A stretch of 64,000 nucleotides of DNA from the NCBI RefSeq assembly GCF_037042905.1, contig NC_087250.1:9486001-9550000 (forward strand), in the 5' to 3' direction. Below, one piece after another: positions 40,612 to 53,974 of this stretch; position 1 is the first letter of the stretch; the number at the start of each line of letters is the position of its first letter. The notes beneath the pieces were generated by a model. It was not told the DNA's origin and did not search any database. It was given only the letters and a program-made list of their open reading frames with translations. The DNA is from Lytechinus pictus. Lineage: Eukaryota. The position numbers were made by a program, and so were the translations under genes.

Positions 40612-41759
40612 NNNNNNNNNNNNNNNNNNNNNNNNNNNNNNNNNNNNNNNNNNNNNNNNNNNNNNNNNNNNNNNNNNNNNNNNNNNNNNNNNNNNNNNNN
40701 NNNNNNNNNNNNNNNNNNNNNNNNNNNNNNNNNNNNNNNNNNNNNNNNNNNNNNNNNNNTATTATTATATTATTTATTTTTATTATTATTTATTTTCATT
40801 ATTATTATTATTATTATCACTATTAGTATTAATATTATCATTGATATTTTCATTCTAATTCTTGTCACTTTTTGTGTCATATTTATTATTAGGATCTACC
40901 ATCATCAGCATTCATATTCATAAGCAGTAGTTATAGTAGTATATTATGAGGAGGAGGAGGAGGAGTAGTAGTAGAAGAAGAAGAAAAAAAAAAGGAAGGA
41001 GGAGGAAGGGGAGAAGAAGAAGGAAAAAGAGAATTAGTAAAAAATAAATGAAAATTAGCACCTACGATAATTTTTGATTGCGCTACATGCTTTACTGGAA
41101 TGAGAATTGGTCGTTAGAGACAATAGTGCTTATTTCATTGGATAACATTTCTCATGGGGCACCAAAATATTCCATTCAGTAGGGCCAATATATTGAACTC
41201 GTCCACTACGAGTGCAATATTCCCTAAATCGTGGAATATTTCTGGTATTCCATTCTGAACCACGTAATATAATTAATTTGAATATGGTATAATGGTAGTA
41301 ATCATTTACCTTCCCTTTATTTAATTGCTCATTTATTGGTAAATTCTAGCTAACAGCAGAGCTAAAAGGGCCAACTTACAATGTCATCACAAAGTAAAAT
41401 TACATACATAAAAGTAAAGTGTATATAACTGTAGGTTTTGATAGAATTGCATCAATATAATTTTTTAACAACATTATCAATTATTATTAAAAAATAGAAT
41501 ATAAATATTATTCACAATGCAATTATTTTTTATAATTATAGGTTTTAAAGATAAAATTGCATCAGTTATCATAAAATTCTCCTGAAGACGACAAGAACAC
41601 ACTTGTCGAAGCGTCGAGTTTGGGTGGTCCTTTTCAAGACAAACATTTGCCCAAGAAAGATACATGGTGAACCATGGAACCTACTACACTATTTTTCTTC
41701 GCCATTGAAACCTTCAGAAGTTACATATCATAAAATTGCATCAATTATTATTTGAACAG

Positions 41760-41945
41760 AATGCAAGAGTTCTATAACATCTGTATCATCATCGGGGCTG
41801 TGACCGGGTGCTGCATGGCTGCGGTGTTTATGTGTACATACTGCGAAGAAGACACTTTCCCCTGCCTCAAGAAACTCAAAAGAACCTGCAGGAAATATTA
41901 CAATCTCTTGATGGACGGCATCTGCTTCTGCTCTTGTTTACCAAA
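41760..41945 (+). CDS. Shisa-like membrane protein B, transmembrane exon
   Basis: gaacag|A ATG CAA...CCA AA|GTAAGT; 186 nt; hydrophobic ICIIIGAVTGCCMAAVFM then TYCEEDTFPCLK...MDGICFCSC. Confidence 0.85.
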
Positions 41946-42554
41946 GTAAGTTACTTCTTTTCCATCAGAAAGATTTTGTTTTATCCATATTGTACTGCAC
42001 TCCATCGAGGTGGGAGTATGAATTAGCAGACATTTATTCCTTGAAACGCGGTGCGCGCAACTGAAATCCGAACACCAAGTAATTTTGCAGCATTCCTGTA
42101 AAGTTCTTAAAACCTTCCTATAAATGTTAAGCGCAATATAAGCAAAAACATTAAGGTAATCATGACAAAGACTTTGTCGGTCTGGAGTCGGTTTGGCCGG
42201 TGCTTTTAATTGTTATTGTTTTGTTCAACCAGTCTGCTGATTTGGTTTGATTTTGAGATCTTTGTTTTCAATCTCAAAGTTGATTGAAGATATTGTTTTG
42301 TTTTATTATAAGTAATTAATGTAAAAAGGGAGTAGCCTAGATAGGCCAATGGCTTTTAGTTTCTCCCTCACATCCCATTCATTACTTTGTTTTTTATCGT
42401 TATTTTTTGTCTAAATTGTACAACTGCATGTCATTGTTTTTTTTTTTTTACTCTATTGCATTAACTCACTATATATTGTATATATTAAATCGAATTAATC
42501 TTCACCTCCACATTTATGTTTATTCTCCTCTTCTCCTTCTATATCCCCTTCCCG

Positions 42555-42588
<34 letters not shown>

Positions 42589-42598
42589 TTTTCTGCAG

Positions 42599-42722
42599 GA
42601 AATTACGACGCAAAGAACACAAGGATGGGCCCATGGAGACAAACACACGAAACAAACGGATATTCGATAAACCGCCCTCTGCCGACGATCAGGAACTTGT
42701 CGTGGACCCTTTCTGGGCTTAA
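42599..42722 (+). CDS. Shisa-like membrane protein B, last exon (tail ending VVDPFWA*); full protein 188 aa
   Basis: Pyrimidine tract + ctgcag|G AAA TTA...TGG GCT TAA; the four exons total 567 nt in one frame. Confidence 0.8.
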
Positions 42723-45700
42723 TATGAACATTGAAAAAATATTTTCAGCCATAATTAAGAATCAATAGTTCTCATTGTACGCTACCCCAAACCCAAACGT
42801 GAAGCTATAGGAAAAGCATTCCGTGACACAATCGAATATGGGGCTACACCAACATCTAAGAAACAAGACGCACACGAGAAAAAAGAAATCGTGGAACTTT
42901 CTGCACCCTTATCCTTTTGGAGTACTTTCAAGTGTTTCCGGTAGCTTCGTAAGAGCACGCTGTTGCTCTATCCATTTTCATTTAAATATAAATCGAGGTT
43001 TGGAGTTAAGAATTGAAGGGAGGGAATGAAAGAGCGCTGGAGGGGTGGGGTGGATTATACAGAGTCGGGGTGGGGAGAGAGTCAGATGCACTGACTGAAG
43101 GAGGGAGGGGTGGACTCAGAGAGTGTAGAGAGAAGGGGGTGGGGGCGATCGGTCTTATGCCAATATCAACGAGCTTATACATCTTAACCAACGTATTCAA
43201 TACTAGAAATATATGCAATGGCACGGTATATATCTTGTAAGTAGACCTAAGTTTTGATATAGAATACTGTTATTACGTTCTCGTTCATTTGCTCTATTAT
43301 TTTGTAATGTATGAAGTTTTGTAAATTGATCATTTCAGCATGTGACGCTGGCCAGTTTATATATACCCATAAATAAATAAATGAATAAATAAATTAATTA
43401 ATTATTAAATAAATAAATGTATAAATAGATCAATAAATAAGTGAACAAATAAATTAATGAATAAATGAATAAATAAACAAATAAATAGATAAATAAATGA
43501 ATGAATAAATAAATAAATTCATCTACCCACTCCTTCATTCAGGCCATCTTGACCATTGTCACGTGATGTAACGGTATCAAGCCTAAGCATGGACCTAGGT
43601 CCATGGCCTAAGGAAAACTCTGTAATACCAGACCACCACTGCCACCCCATTACACACACACACCCTCACATGCACACACACCCGCGCACACAAGGCACGT
43701 ATGTGCGTGTTTTCATGTCGAATATCTTTGAGTACACTAGTCATATACCGAATTTCATGTTTGAGGGCTACTACAGTTACCACTTGGTGAAACTTTATCA
43801 TTTGTGAATATGCGTTATACTCGCCAGTGAGGGTTAAACTCTACGGCTACGATCCAGGGGCGTCGCCAGGGTAGCCCCCCCCCCATGACAATATTGGACG
43901 GGGCGATGATGGGAATGGGGTTGACCGATATAGGTGACGTCATTTGTTTCCACTCAATTATTTAAATCAAGTCCAACCCCAAAGTTTTTTTTTCATGTTC
44001 GCCTTTTTCCTTCCCCCCCCCGAGCTTAATTTTTTTTCTTTACTTGAACAAAAAAAAAAAAAAAAAAACCTGAAACAGACTCTACTAACGTTAAAAGTAT
44101 TATTTTAAAATGGTCAACATTTTGTAACGTTGTAATATTATGTAATAATTGTATATAATAGAGGACTTTTTACATTTTGATAGACAATTATAGTTTTTGA
44201 CAGAGCAGCTTGTAAAGGCTACGAAGTAGCAATATAGTTGTGCAATAAAGTGATATATGATGCAATTCTTCGCATACTAGTAACATTTTATTTCTTTATC
44301 TCATTAATCGAATTTTAATGATCTCGATTACCATGATTACAGGAATGGACACGGCCCTGCGTGTATTTTTTTCTCAATTGGCAGCACCCCTCAACATTCT
44401 GGTAGGTGTTTAAAAAGTGTCGAAATGTAACCAAAATGACCTACGTGAGAGACAGACAGAAGAGAGAGAGAGAGAGAGAAAGAGAGAGGAAGAAAGAGAG
44501 ACAAGAGGAGAAGGGGAAAAAGGACAGACTTTCATGGATAACGAAGACACACTAGCTCAAACTTATTTATAAAGATGATATTCTATACATGTCGGTTGCG
44601 ACATAAATTAGCACTCATTATGATCGAGAATTTGTACACAATTTATTCAAAAATACATAAAAAATATCACGGATAACTGATTAAAAGTTTCTTAGTAGCA
44701 ATAAAGGCCATAATCTAGGTACATATACATGTAATTTGGATGCATTATTTTTCTGTCTAGCTAAATTAATGCTCGTTAATAAATATATATATTTAGAGCT
44801 TCGTTTATAAAATGTTGCAAAATGAATAAGGTGCAAGCTAGGAAGTCAAGGAAGACATGATATAGGCCTATTTTATTATTGCATATTTAAACAACACAAA
44901 TGTCACGAATATGAAAATTAACATCAATTCACGAACCATTGCAGAAATGCGGGGGTGATGTCGCCATTAACTTAATCAAAAGGTCCATATTCTATGTAAG
45001 ACCAGGGATTTTTACACTGAAAGAGATCGAAAATAATGTTCATATTATGAATATTTTATTTCAATTTCAAATTCAAATCAAAATCCAAAGCCACATCCAA
45101 ATGAAAATAGTAATAATAATAAATTCGATTTCAATTTCGAATTTCTATTTCAAAATCCAACTTCCAAATTCCAATTTTGAATTTGCAATTCAAAATCCAA
45201 CTTCCAAATTCCAATTTTGAATTTGTAATTCAAAATCCAAATTCCAAATCAAGTTGGTGTTTTATTTGTGTGAACATTTCACACATAATTAATAATGATA
45301 TTGAAGCACATCTGTCTGAGTTATAAATAAAAAATACTGGCTGGTTTGCTCAGAGCAGGGAATTATGAGGTTTAGAGTAACTTATCATGGTCAAAACCTT
45401 ACCTATGCATTTCTTAATCGTTTTTAAATGCTCTGGAGAATACTGTTAAGACGTGATTAAAACATACATAAATTTCAAGGATTTAAAGTAAATCGACATC
45501 GGCTGTGAATCGCGACCAGCCTGATCATGAGGTGTAGGAATAAATCTTGCAGATTTGAAATTAAACCTTATGGATTTGAATTAAAAGCTAAGAAATTTAA
45601 AATTTAATAAATTAGGATTAAAATCGACATAACATAACACAAAGCTTAGCAATTATCGTAGAACATATTTTCAAGATTGACTACAATGCACAACCGATCG

Positions 45701-45828
45701 GAAAGATCAAGCGTACGAACAGTCGATAACCTTTGTGTTACGGGATCCTGGATTTTGTTTCAATCCTTGAAATAGACAACGTATGACAGTGTTGTGATTT
45801 ATGAGAAAAAAAATATATAACTAAAATT

Positions 45829-46035
45829 TTAAAGGAAGTAGTAAATTGTCGCCAAACATGGCGTCAGTAACATGACCACACTGTTGAAACGGACGCTGGT
45901 GGCGCTATTACACAGTTGCCCATAGCAACAATATCTGCAGGTTCTTGTGGTTCCTACCGTAGAACATTCGTCCGAACAGGCATCGCATCCTCTTCGGTAC
46001 TTTTGCCTACCATCTTCATAAGTTATAACCTCTTT
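45829..46035 (-). CDS. Ly6/uPAR three-finger (quiver/sleepless-like) protein 1, last exon with GPI-type tail
   Basis: tttttcag|AAA GAG...; KEVITYEDGRQKYRRGCDACSDECSTVGTTRTCRYCCYGQLCNSATSVRFNSVVMLLTPCLATIYYFL*; CCxxxxCN signature and hydrophobic C-terminus. Confidence 0.88.
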   Translation of the reverse strand, partial: KEVITYEDGRQKYRRGCDACSDECSTVGTTRTCRYCCYGQLCNSATSVRFNSVVMLLTPCLATIYYFL

Positions 46036-47214
46036 CTGAAAAAGACAAAATACACATTCATACGATTACATGTCTTAATACATAGCACATCAATACATAT
46101 TTTAATGTATGATATATAAATATATATTTCAATAAACCAAGGTTTTGGCGAAATAAAAAAATGCAGAGAGGTGAAATTATTTGTCATTATTATTATTATT
46201 AATGTTGTTGTTGTTGTTGTTAATATTCCATAATAGGGTCACTTTTCATACGAAGTGTTATGATGGAACAGAAAGTCTTCAGCTATTAACGATCTAATGG
46301 CACAATGTGGCAAACCCGTCGACAGTTTCTGAGGAACTTGAATTCCCCATCATCAAGAGCAATGGGATCCATTATTTTTTCATATTCTTCTGCGCCAATT
46401 CTTTTTCAATATTGTACAATTTTCTCTCAAAAGGATTTTTATTTTAAGACTTCTTTGAGTCTATTCTGTGTTGTCAAAATAGTTGAATACTTTGTGAGAT
46501 TTGGTATAACCAATCATGCATTATTATTGGTGAAAAACTGGATTTCTGGTGCCTGATTTTGCCCAAAGTAAGAACTTGTTTAATGTAATCCAAATTGTTA
46601 TATATATATATATATATTTTCAGGCACCTTGGCTAGGAAGCCCCTTTCCTCAGGGATTCGATTTATCACCTTTGCTCTTTAAAAGTGATTGTTCGTCACA
46701 TATACTTAAACATTCATTGCTTCTTAAACAGATTTTGAAGGTGCTCATCATTAAGTTTAAGTTTTCTTATATTATTAATTTGTTTAAAGTTCTGTGTTTG
46801 TAGAATACAAAAAAAAAACAAAGCACAAAGGCTTGATAGTTTTAGGTGTCCAATTGGAAGTGTTCATATTGTCAAACATACTTAAATTTAAGATAACTCT
46901 TACTGAAAATTGAATAACTGAGAATATGGACAAAGAGCGACCCGGGTCCATCTCCAGGCTAAAACAGGCTAATCATCGGATGATATCGCTTACATGAACC
47001 CGTCCTTTGTGTACTTTATATCCCAGAACTTGCAGAATTCCACCAGGAATTAAGGACCCGAAATGAACCCAAAAGCGACATAATTCATCATTTAAGAAAG
47101 ACCAAACTCATTTATTTGTCTTAATTTACTCGAAATGAGCTGCCATTGTCTTGGGTCGTTCTAATATATCTGTAAATTCAAATACTCAATTATTCAAAAC
47201 AACATTTTGCTTAC

Positions 47215-47342
47215 GAAACAGTCGCCAGAGCACTGCCTCTTGGCTAAAGCAGAGTCCCCCTTTGCGAATGGGTCTGCGCATGTTGCTCCGTCGAAATAGT
47301 CATCACTTTCACAGACGTAGCAGTAGTAAGCCGATGAAATAC
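47215..47342 (-). CDS. Ly6/uPAR protein 1, middle exon
   Basis: gaag|GT ATT...TGT TTC|GTAAGC; ISSAYYCYVCESDDYFDGATCADPF...QCSGDCF; CYxC...CxDPF is typical of quiver-like Ly6 proteins. Confidence 0.88.
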
Positions 47343-47426
47343 CTTCATATGAAATGGAAAAACAAAGATGACACATAAGGGCCCCGTCTTACAAAGTGTC
47401 GCGAATGATCCGATCACACACAGCTA

Positions 47427-47647
47427 CACTGCAAAAACACCGGTGTTACACCAGCCCGGAATCAACTATGACCACACCAGAGAAGTATTGAAACAACAAC
47501 AGTTTGGAATCAAATACTAATTGGTGTTGTGTAATTACCTATCTGGTGTTGGTCGAAAACCAAAACTGGTGTTTTTTAACACTTACCTGGTGTGGTCATA
47601 TATACATTCCGGGCTGGTGTTGAAATAACACCGGTGTTTTTGCAGTG
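47427..47647. mobile_element. TA-flanked MITE nested in another MITE (47379-47867)
   Basis: TA-CACTGCAAAAACACCGGTGTT ... ACACCGGTGTTTTTGCAGTG-TA; related copy at 30334-30518. Confidence 0.75.
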
Positions 47648-48150
47648 TATGGGCGGACATCTAAAATCCAAGTTTGTTCAAAATATTTTCAATATAATTA
47701 TGATGTATGTTCATACAATCATCAATCTCTTGAAGATTCAACGTGATTCTCTTTGTTTAATAAGCAGATTGAGCTAATTTTCTTGTAGAAATGAAATATG
47801 GTATGAACGGATTTCCATACATTTGAGATTGATTGGATCAATCGTAACTCTTTTTAAGGACGGGCCCAAAGGAGCGGTTTTTTAAACATATTTCGTCTGA
47901 CGAGTTTCAGTTTTTATTCCCCCCCCCCTAATTTCCAACAAAGATAGTAAATATCCATACATATATCATGGATATTTAACAAACAAAGAAAAATACATGC
48001 AATATAACTTTTCTATTTTAAATTTGAAACCAATATTGAAAACTTATCACTGAAATGCCCCAAGCCACCGCTGTGAATTAATAATGACTCGCTGGAAATG
48101 GGCCCCTCGGATAATAATATACAGTTATGGATGTTATGTTATTAACTTAC

Positions 48151-48193
48151 CGAGCAATGTAAAGAGGATGAGCGTTGCAATTAAATATTTCAT
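48151..48193 (-). CDS. Ly6/uPAR protein 1, signal-peptide exon; full protein 125 aa
   Basis: ttcag|aaagATG AAA TAT...CTC G|GTAAGT; MKYLIATLILFTLLG; phase 1. Confidence 0.82.
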
Positions 48194-49514
48194 CTTTCTG
48201 AAATACAATAAGATAGAAAAGAAAAGAAAAAACATAATAATGATATTATTCTTAAGCATTTAACATTGTTATATAAGCAGCGGTCTTTCAAGATTCAATA
48301 TTCAAGAAATCTATTTAATTTCCATCACAAATATAGATCGAATACAAAAACATTTGGATTGATAAGTGAAGAGAGGGTTGGGGTAGAGCACCAAAGTGCC
48401 AAAAATTTGCTTCGATAGTTCATAGCGAGATCATTATGCAGTTAGATTTTCGCACCGTCTTTTACGGTATTCACATTAAGTGAACGTCATTTTTCTTACA
48501 CGTGATAAGGTCTGGGATTCAACCCCCCCCCCCCCCGCAGCACTCGCGTCCTTTGGCAAGGCGTTTATCCACATTTGCCACTCTCCACCCAGGTGTAGTA
48601 AAAATGGGTAGCCAGTAGGAAAGGAATTCCTTCAATGCTCGAGCGTCTGATCAGTAATAGGGTAATAGTATGTAGCGCTTATAAACATTTGTATTAAGCG
48701 CNNNNNNNNNNNNNNNNNNNNNNNNNNNNNNNNNNNNNNNNNNNNNNNNNNNNNNNNNNNNNNNNNNNNNNNNNNNNNNNNNNNNNNNNNNNNNNNNNNN
48801 NNNNNNNNNNNNNNNNNNNNNNNNNNNNNNNNNNNNNNNNNNNNNNNATATCATCACTAATAACTATATGATTATGAAACGGGAGAAGACCCAAACCGAG
48901 TCAAAACATTATCTGAATCATTGAAATTCAAGCCTATTAGCAATCTACACGTATCCAACTTTTCGATCTCCTTGCACTCAATTCAAAGGCATACGTATCG
49001 TAAGAAACACCATTTGCGCAAGCCTTGGATCCAACCGTTCATATTTGCATGTTACTAGTATCAAATAATCATGTAGTTTGTCCTGCTAAATATAATTTTC
49101 CCTTTCATAAATCATTGACGGTATCTACATTTTTCTGAGAACTACCTCTCGTTTATGTGCATGCCCATCATAAATTGACCTATACATGTAAATCAACAGT
49201 GATAAACACTCATAATGATACACAAGATTATGTGCATACATTTCAACACAATACGTGAGACAAATATTTTTTTTTTATGAATCAATATAAAATGAATAAA
49301 TCACCTCAACAAATTATATGAAAAAACATATACAATATTTACCGTGTAAATCATCTAAGATGCATCGAAATTGGTGTATTCATTTAAATCAAGGTACACC
49401 AACAAAATAAATCTCACTTCATCATTTCAAAATACTGTTAGAGATCTCCATCTTTCTTAAAATGTAATTCACGCCGTGCCAAATTGTCAAAATCTGATAA
49501 TAGTCACCACTTAC

Positions 49515-49635
49515 CTGGTAAATATTAGGAATAATATTCGCTAATCATAAAGAAACCTAGGTGTCCAGCTTCATTCAAAGTTAACCCAGTGTCACACCTT
49601 AGTTCGGATATCTACCAGGAATTATTATTATAAGA
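49515..49635 (-). promoter_or_regulatory. Candidate TATA box and non-coding first exon of Ly6 gene 1
   Basis: CTTATAA near 49630 on the minus strand, followed about 115 nt downstream by a strong donor CAG|GTAAGT at 49514; the ATG exon begins with an acceptor. Confidence 0.4.
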
Positions 49636-51779
49636 GTCCAGACAAACGGCGAATTGACAAATGTTTGTTCATTTTGACCTATGGTGGACTGGTCAATCAT
49701 TAATAAAAAACGGACAGTTTGTTTACTTGGTAGCTGAAGAGCGTTTACATTTAATTGTACGACTACATCCAATATAAAGAGCTTTTACAAACGTACTTAT
49801 ACGTAAAACAAAAACAGTTTATTATTCAATGTAGTGGGACTTGGAAAACATGACTAGATAAAAAGCCGGCTTGCGCACCAAAGAAAATGCATATGTACAG
49901 CACATAATCCGCCACCCCAAAACAAAAAAACAAGTCGTAGTGCCGCTCATATTGTATTTTGACGGTTTTTTCCATTGATCTTGGTAGATACTGATTAAAA
50001 ACAGCACATCCTATGCTTTGAAAGAATATAAAACCTGACAAAAATTAATCAATACTAACCAACACAAACATGTAGATGAATGAAGAAATGATATAGTAAT
50101 AAAATAAGAATTAGAGCAAAACAGTTTTTAAGTTTTGGGAAGTTATGGAAACTCCAAGCACTCCGGAATACGATGGTGTCAAAATAGTGTCTTGTATCTC
50201 GCCTTCCATTTAAATTTACACAACTTCCAATTTTGACAGTATTAAGAAACGGGATTGATATTTTAATTTAAGGACTCTATTTGCAATGACTACTTCGTAG
50301 TTTTCCCCAAACTGCATTTCATTGCCATAAGGGTGAAGTCCCCTTCATATTGTAGAGATTGAATCATTGACAGTTCATCTAGTATACACTTCTTTAAAAA
50401 AAAACTGATTTTACAGACAAAAAGAACATGTTGCAGAAAGCAATAACAGAATCATTCTGTAAATTCATAAAACAGGAATTTTTCTGCAATTTAACAGAAC
50501 AGGTCTGCTTAAAAAGGGGAAATAGGTGTTTTCTTTAAGGAAATTTGTAAGGTTTCATACACCAAATACCTATTTTCTTGTAAGATTACGCAATCTGGTA
50601 AGATTACAGGTGTTCTCGAGAATCTGCTGCAGGAACTTCTTTTATTTTAAGGATAAATTTTCTAGTGTAGACTCTGTGTTGTCAGACCATGTGCGAAAAG
50701 TATTGCTTTACTGTAAACAGGAAAAAATTATAAATTGCCTTAATGAAGATTAGACGAACTGGTTGTAGACGAACTGGGCTTTGGCTAAGGGGCGAGATCA
50801 AACGGCAAGTGGACGGAGTGGGTGTAGGCCATGTGGCAATTAAGCTTTCGCCCGACTCTTGCATGTACCTTCACAAGTCATTAAAAAGAAAACAATACGG
50901 AACAATACATGAAAAAATATTATGCAACATTTTTACATTGCTTATGCAACATTTTTACATTGCTTAATACAATTTTTACAAGCGCTGTATACTGTTACCC
51001 CGGCTTTAGCACGGCTACCGTGATCGGACGCTTGGGCATTCAATGATTAAAAAAAAACCTGGGTACACATAAATTTATGACACCTGGGTTGAGAGTGGCA
51101 AATGTAGATAAACGGCCTGCCGATGACGTGAGTGTTGTGGCGAGGCTCGAACCCCCCAGACCGTGTGGTTTAAAGTCCGGAGACTTATTTACTGAGTCAC
51201 AACACCTTATTATCTTGTCTCATATTGTTTTGATAATGAGATAATATAAACGTCATTGACACGAAAACAACCAGACAATGTTTACTTCTAGAAAACATAT
51301 GTTCATTTTCTACACGAAAACCAACATGAAACAGATAAGAATATTGAATATGTTTATTAAATGTATTTGACACTTAGTAACCCTGTTTCACTGTGAATCT
51401 CAAGGTTTAAAGGTGTTATATTTATTCACGGTGGAATGAATAGAATAAACACAATTAGAAATCCCTTGTTCTAGATTTCACTCATTTATTGGAGAAAGGG
51501 GAACGTTAAAAAAAATAATGTAGTTTCGAAACAAAGTTAGGAATAAAATACATCGAGAAACTGTTTGATGAAAACAAGTCAAAGCACTGCCCTTTTATTA
51601 AAAATCCCCAAAATTACAAATACGCAAATTCAGAGAGAAAATAGATTTGAAGATTTAAACAGATTTGTCATGAGTGTGTCAATAAAAAAGAACACCGAAA
51701 ATGTTAACTAAATGTCCATTGTAGATAATATACCATTCCTGAAAATGGTAAAGCACGGTTTGAGTGCGCGCGCGTGCGT

Positions 51780-52480
51780 TTGAGGGTGTGTGTGAGTGTG
51801 TGTGTGGGAGGGGTGATAGCGATTTTTTTTTTGTGTGTGTGTGAGGGTGAGGTGTGTGGAGTGAATGGGATGTGAGAGGGTTGATAGTGGGGTGTGTTTG
51901 CATGTGGGTGTGGGAGGGGTGAGTAGTGAGGTGTGTTTGTGTGTGGGATGAGAGGATTGAAAGGGAGGTTTGTTTTTGTGTGGGTGGGATGATAGCGAGT
52001 TGTGTTTGTGTGTGTGAGGATGAGAGAGATGATGATGAGGTGTGTTTTGTTTGTGTGGAGTGAATTGGGTGTGCGAGGGTTGATAGTGGTGTGTGTTTGC
52101 ATGTGGGTGTGGGAGGGTGAACAGTGAGGGCTTTTTGTGCGTGGGATGAGAGGGGCGAAAGGGAGGTTTGTTTTCGTGTGGGTGGGATGATAGCGAGTTG
52201 TGTTTGTGTGTGTGAGGGTGAGAGAGATGATGGTGAGGTGTGTCTTGTGTGTGTGGAGTGAGAGGGGTGATAGTAAGACGTGTTTGTGTGTTGGGTGGGA
52301 GGGGTAGTGGTGATGTGTGGCCGTGTGGGGTGAGAGAGGTGGTCATGCGGTGCGTTTTGTTTGTTAAGGGTTGGGATAAGTGATAGTGAGGTGTGTTTGG
52401 GTGTCTCTTGTATGTTTGCATCCTACGTTGTGTGCGTGTGTAGAATGGTGAGGGTGTGTGTGTGTGTGTGTGTGTGTGTG
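51780..52480. repeat. GT-rich degenerate tandem repeat with an internal duplication of about 190 bp
   Basis: GAGGGTTGATAGTGG...GTTTGCATGTGGGTGTGGGAGGG recurs near 51876 and 52075; ends in (GT)n. Confidence 0.8.
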
Positions 52481-53974
52481 ATTGAATTACCCAGACGTGT
52501 ATCAAACAAATACAGTTATATGTGACCGAACTTTATTGTCACCATCCAAAAAGAGGGTTCGAACCTAGAACCTCTACATCAATTCGTAACTTGGATTACA
52601 AACGCACACCACAACGCCTGGCCTCTTGATGAACTCCAAACCAATTATAAATCTCTTTGCTCAAACCAATTAAAGGCGGTTTTCAGTGGGCGTGGTTTAC
52701 GGTATCTGGTCCCTGCACATGAATGTGGACGGAGCAGATCAAGACCTCGTCTATTGAGCTAATAATTGAAATGAATAACCAGAGACATTATCCATGATCG
52801 TGTCTATTTGTGCCCTTTGTAAAAGTTCTAGTTCTGTTAAAAAATAGGAGTTGCACCCCGAAGATTGCTGAATAGTCAGATTATTTATCAAACGATTAGC
52901 TTAACTGCATCATCATGCCCACATGATTCAATATAAGGAAACTTAACTCTTCTCTTGCCAACTTATTTCTAATGTTGAATTGACATTAAAGAAGCTTAAG
53001 AGCATTAACCTCGACCACAATGTGTTAAGCACCACACAGGTTATGCAGATGGGTTGACACGTCTCAGAATAAATCTAATTGACTAAAAACATATAATAAA
53101 CTAAATTGCATTTACTAAGTTACCTATGCTTTTCTACTAAATTCATTCAAACTTTTGTGGAAGATGGAGGACACAGGTTTAAAACATGAAGAGTGTCTGA
53201 AAGTGGAGTTGAAGTTTTAGGCCTCTAATCATTTTGCTTGGGGGTTTAGATCAGGTGCCATACAAGCAACAAATGCAATCTCTAAACAAAAACGGAGTTG
53301 ATAATTCACTCATCGATGGGAGTAAATTAAATTCAATCCATTAAGATGGCTTTTAAAATATTGTTGAGTGAATTCAACCATTTTAAACTGTACAGTGAAT
53401 ATTGTGCGAACATCCGTGATTATGTAACGTGGTATCATGGTTATGGTAACTACCGTAGGAAGTCGGCACGCCAGCTTTTTGCTGGTATAACGCCGAACTG
53501 GTATGTAACAAATTACATGGGAAAAATTTGCCGTCCAAGTTAATCAGGCTTAGAGGTTGACCTTATATAGACGACATAACTTACTGGCGGTGTTTTGTTT
53601 TATTAAAGTGATGACAATGGCAAAGCGGGGATTTGAACTCACAACCTTACGATCAAATGCTCTTAACTCTAGACTACTTTTGTTCTTACCAAATTCAATT
53701 CAAAATGAGTGATCCGTGACGTCACTCCCACGGGAAGTGAAAAAGGGAGTTAAAATTCACTTCATTTAGAGAGTATCACTTCTTTATTTCAAACACACTG
53801 CATTTTGATTTTCAATATACTCATACAATAACTGAGATATATATACAAATGTTTCACACAGAAGCTGGTATTGAAAGAGGTAAGATTGAAATATGAAATA
53901 CCTTCTTAGCGAACAACCAACCGTGCATGAGTAAATCATGCTAACAAAGCGTGACAAGAGAGTCGTACCTTCAG

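Noticed and set aside
51679-52505. His/Thr/Pro-rich 265-aa ORF
   Set aside because: Translation of a CA-rich degenerate tandem repeat.
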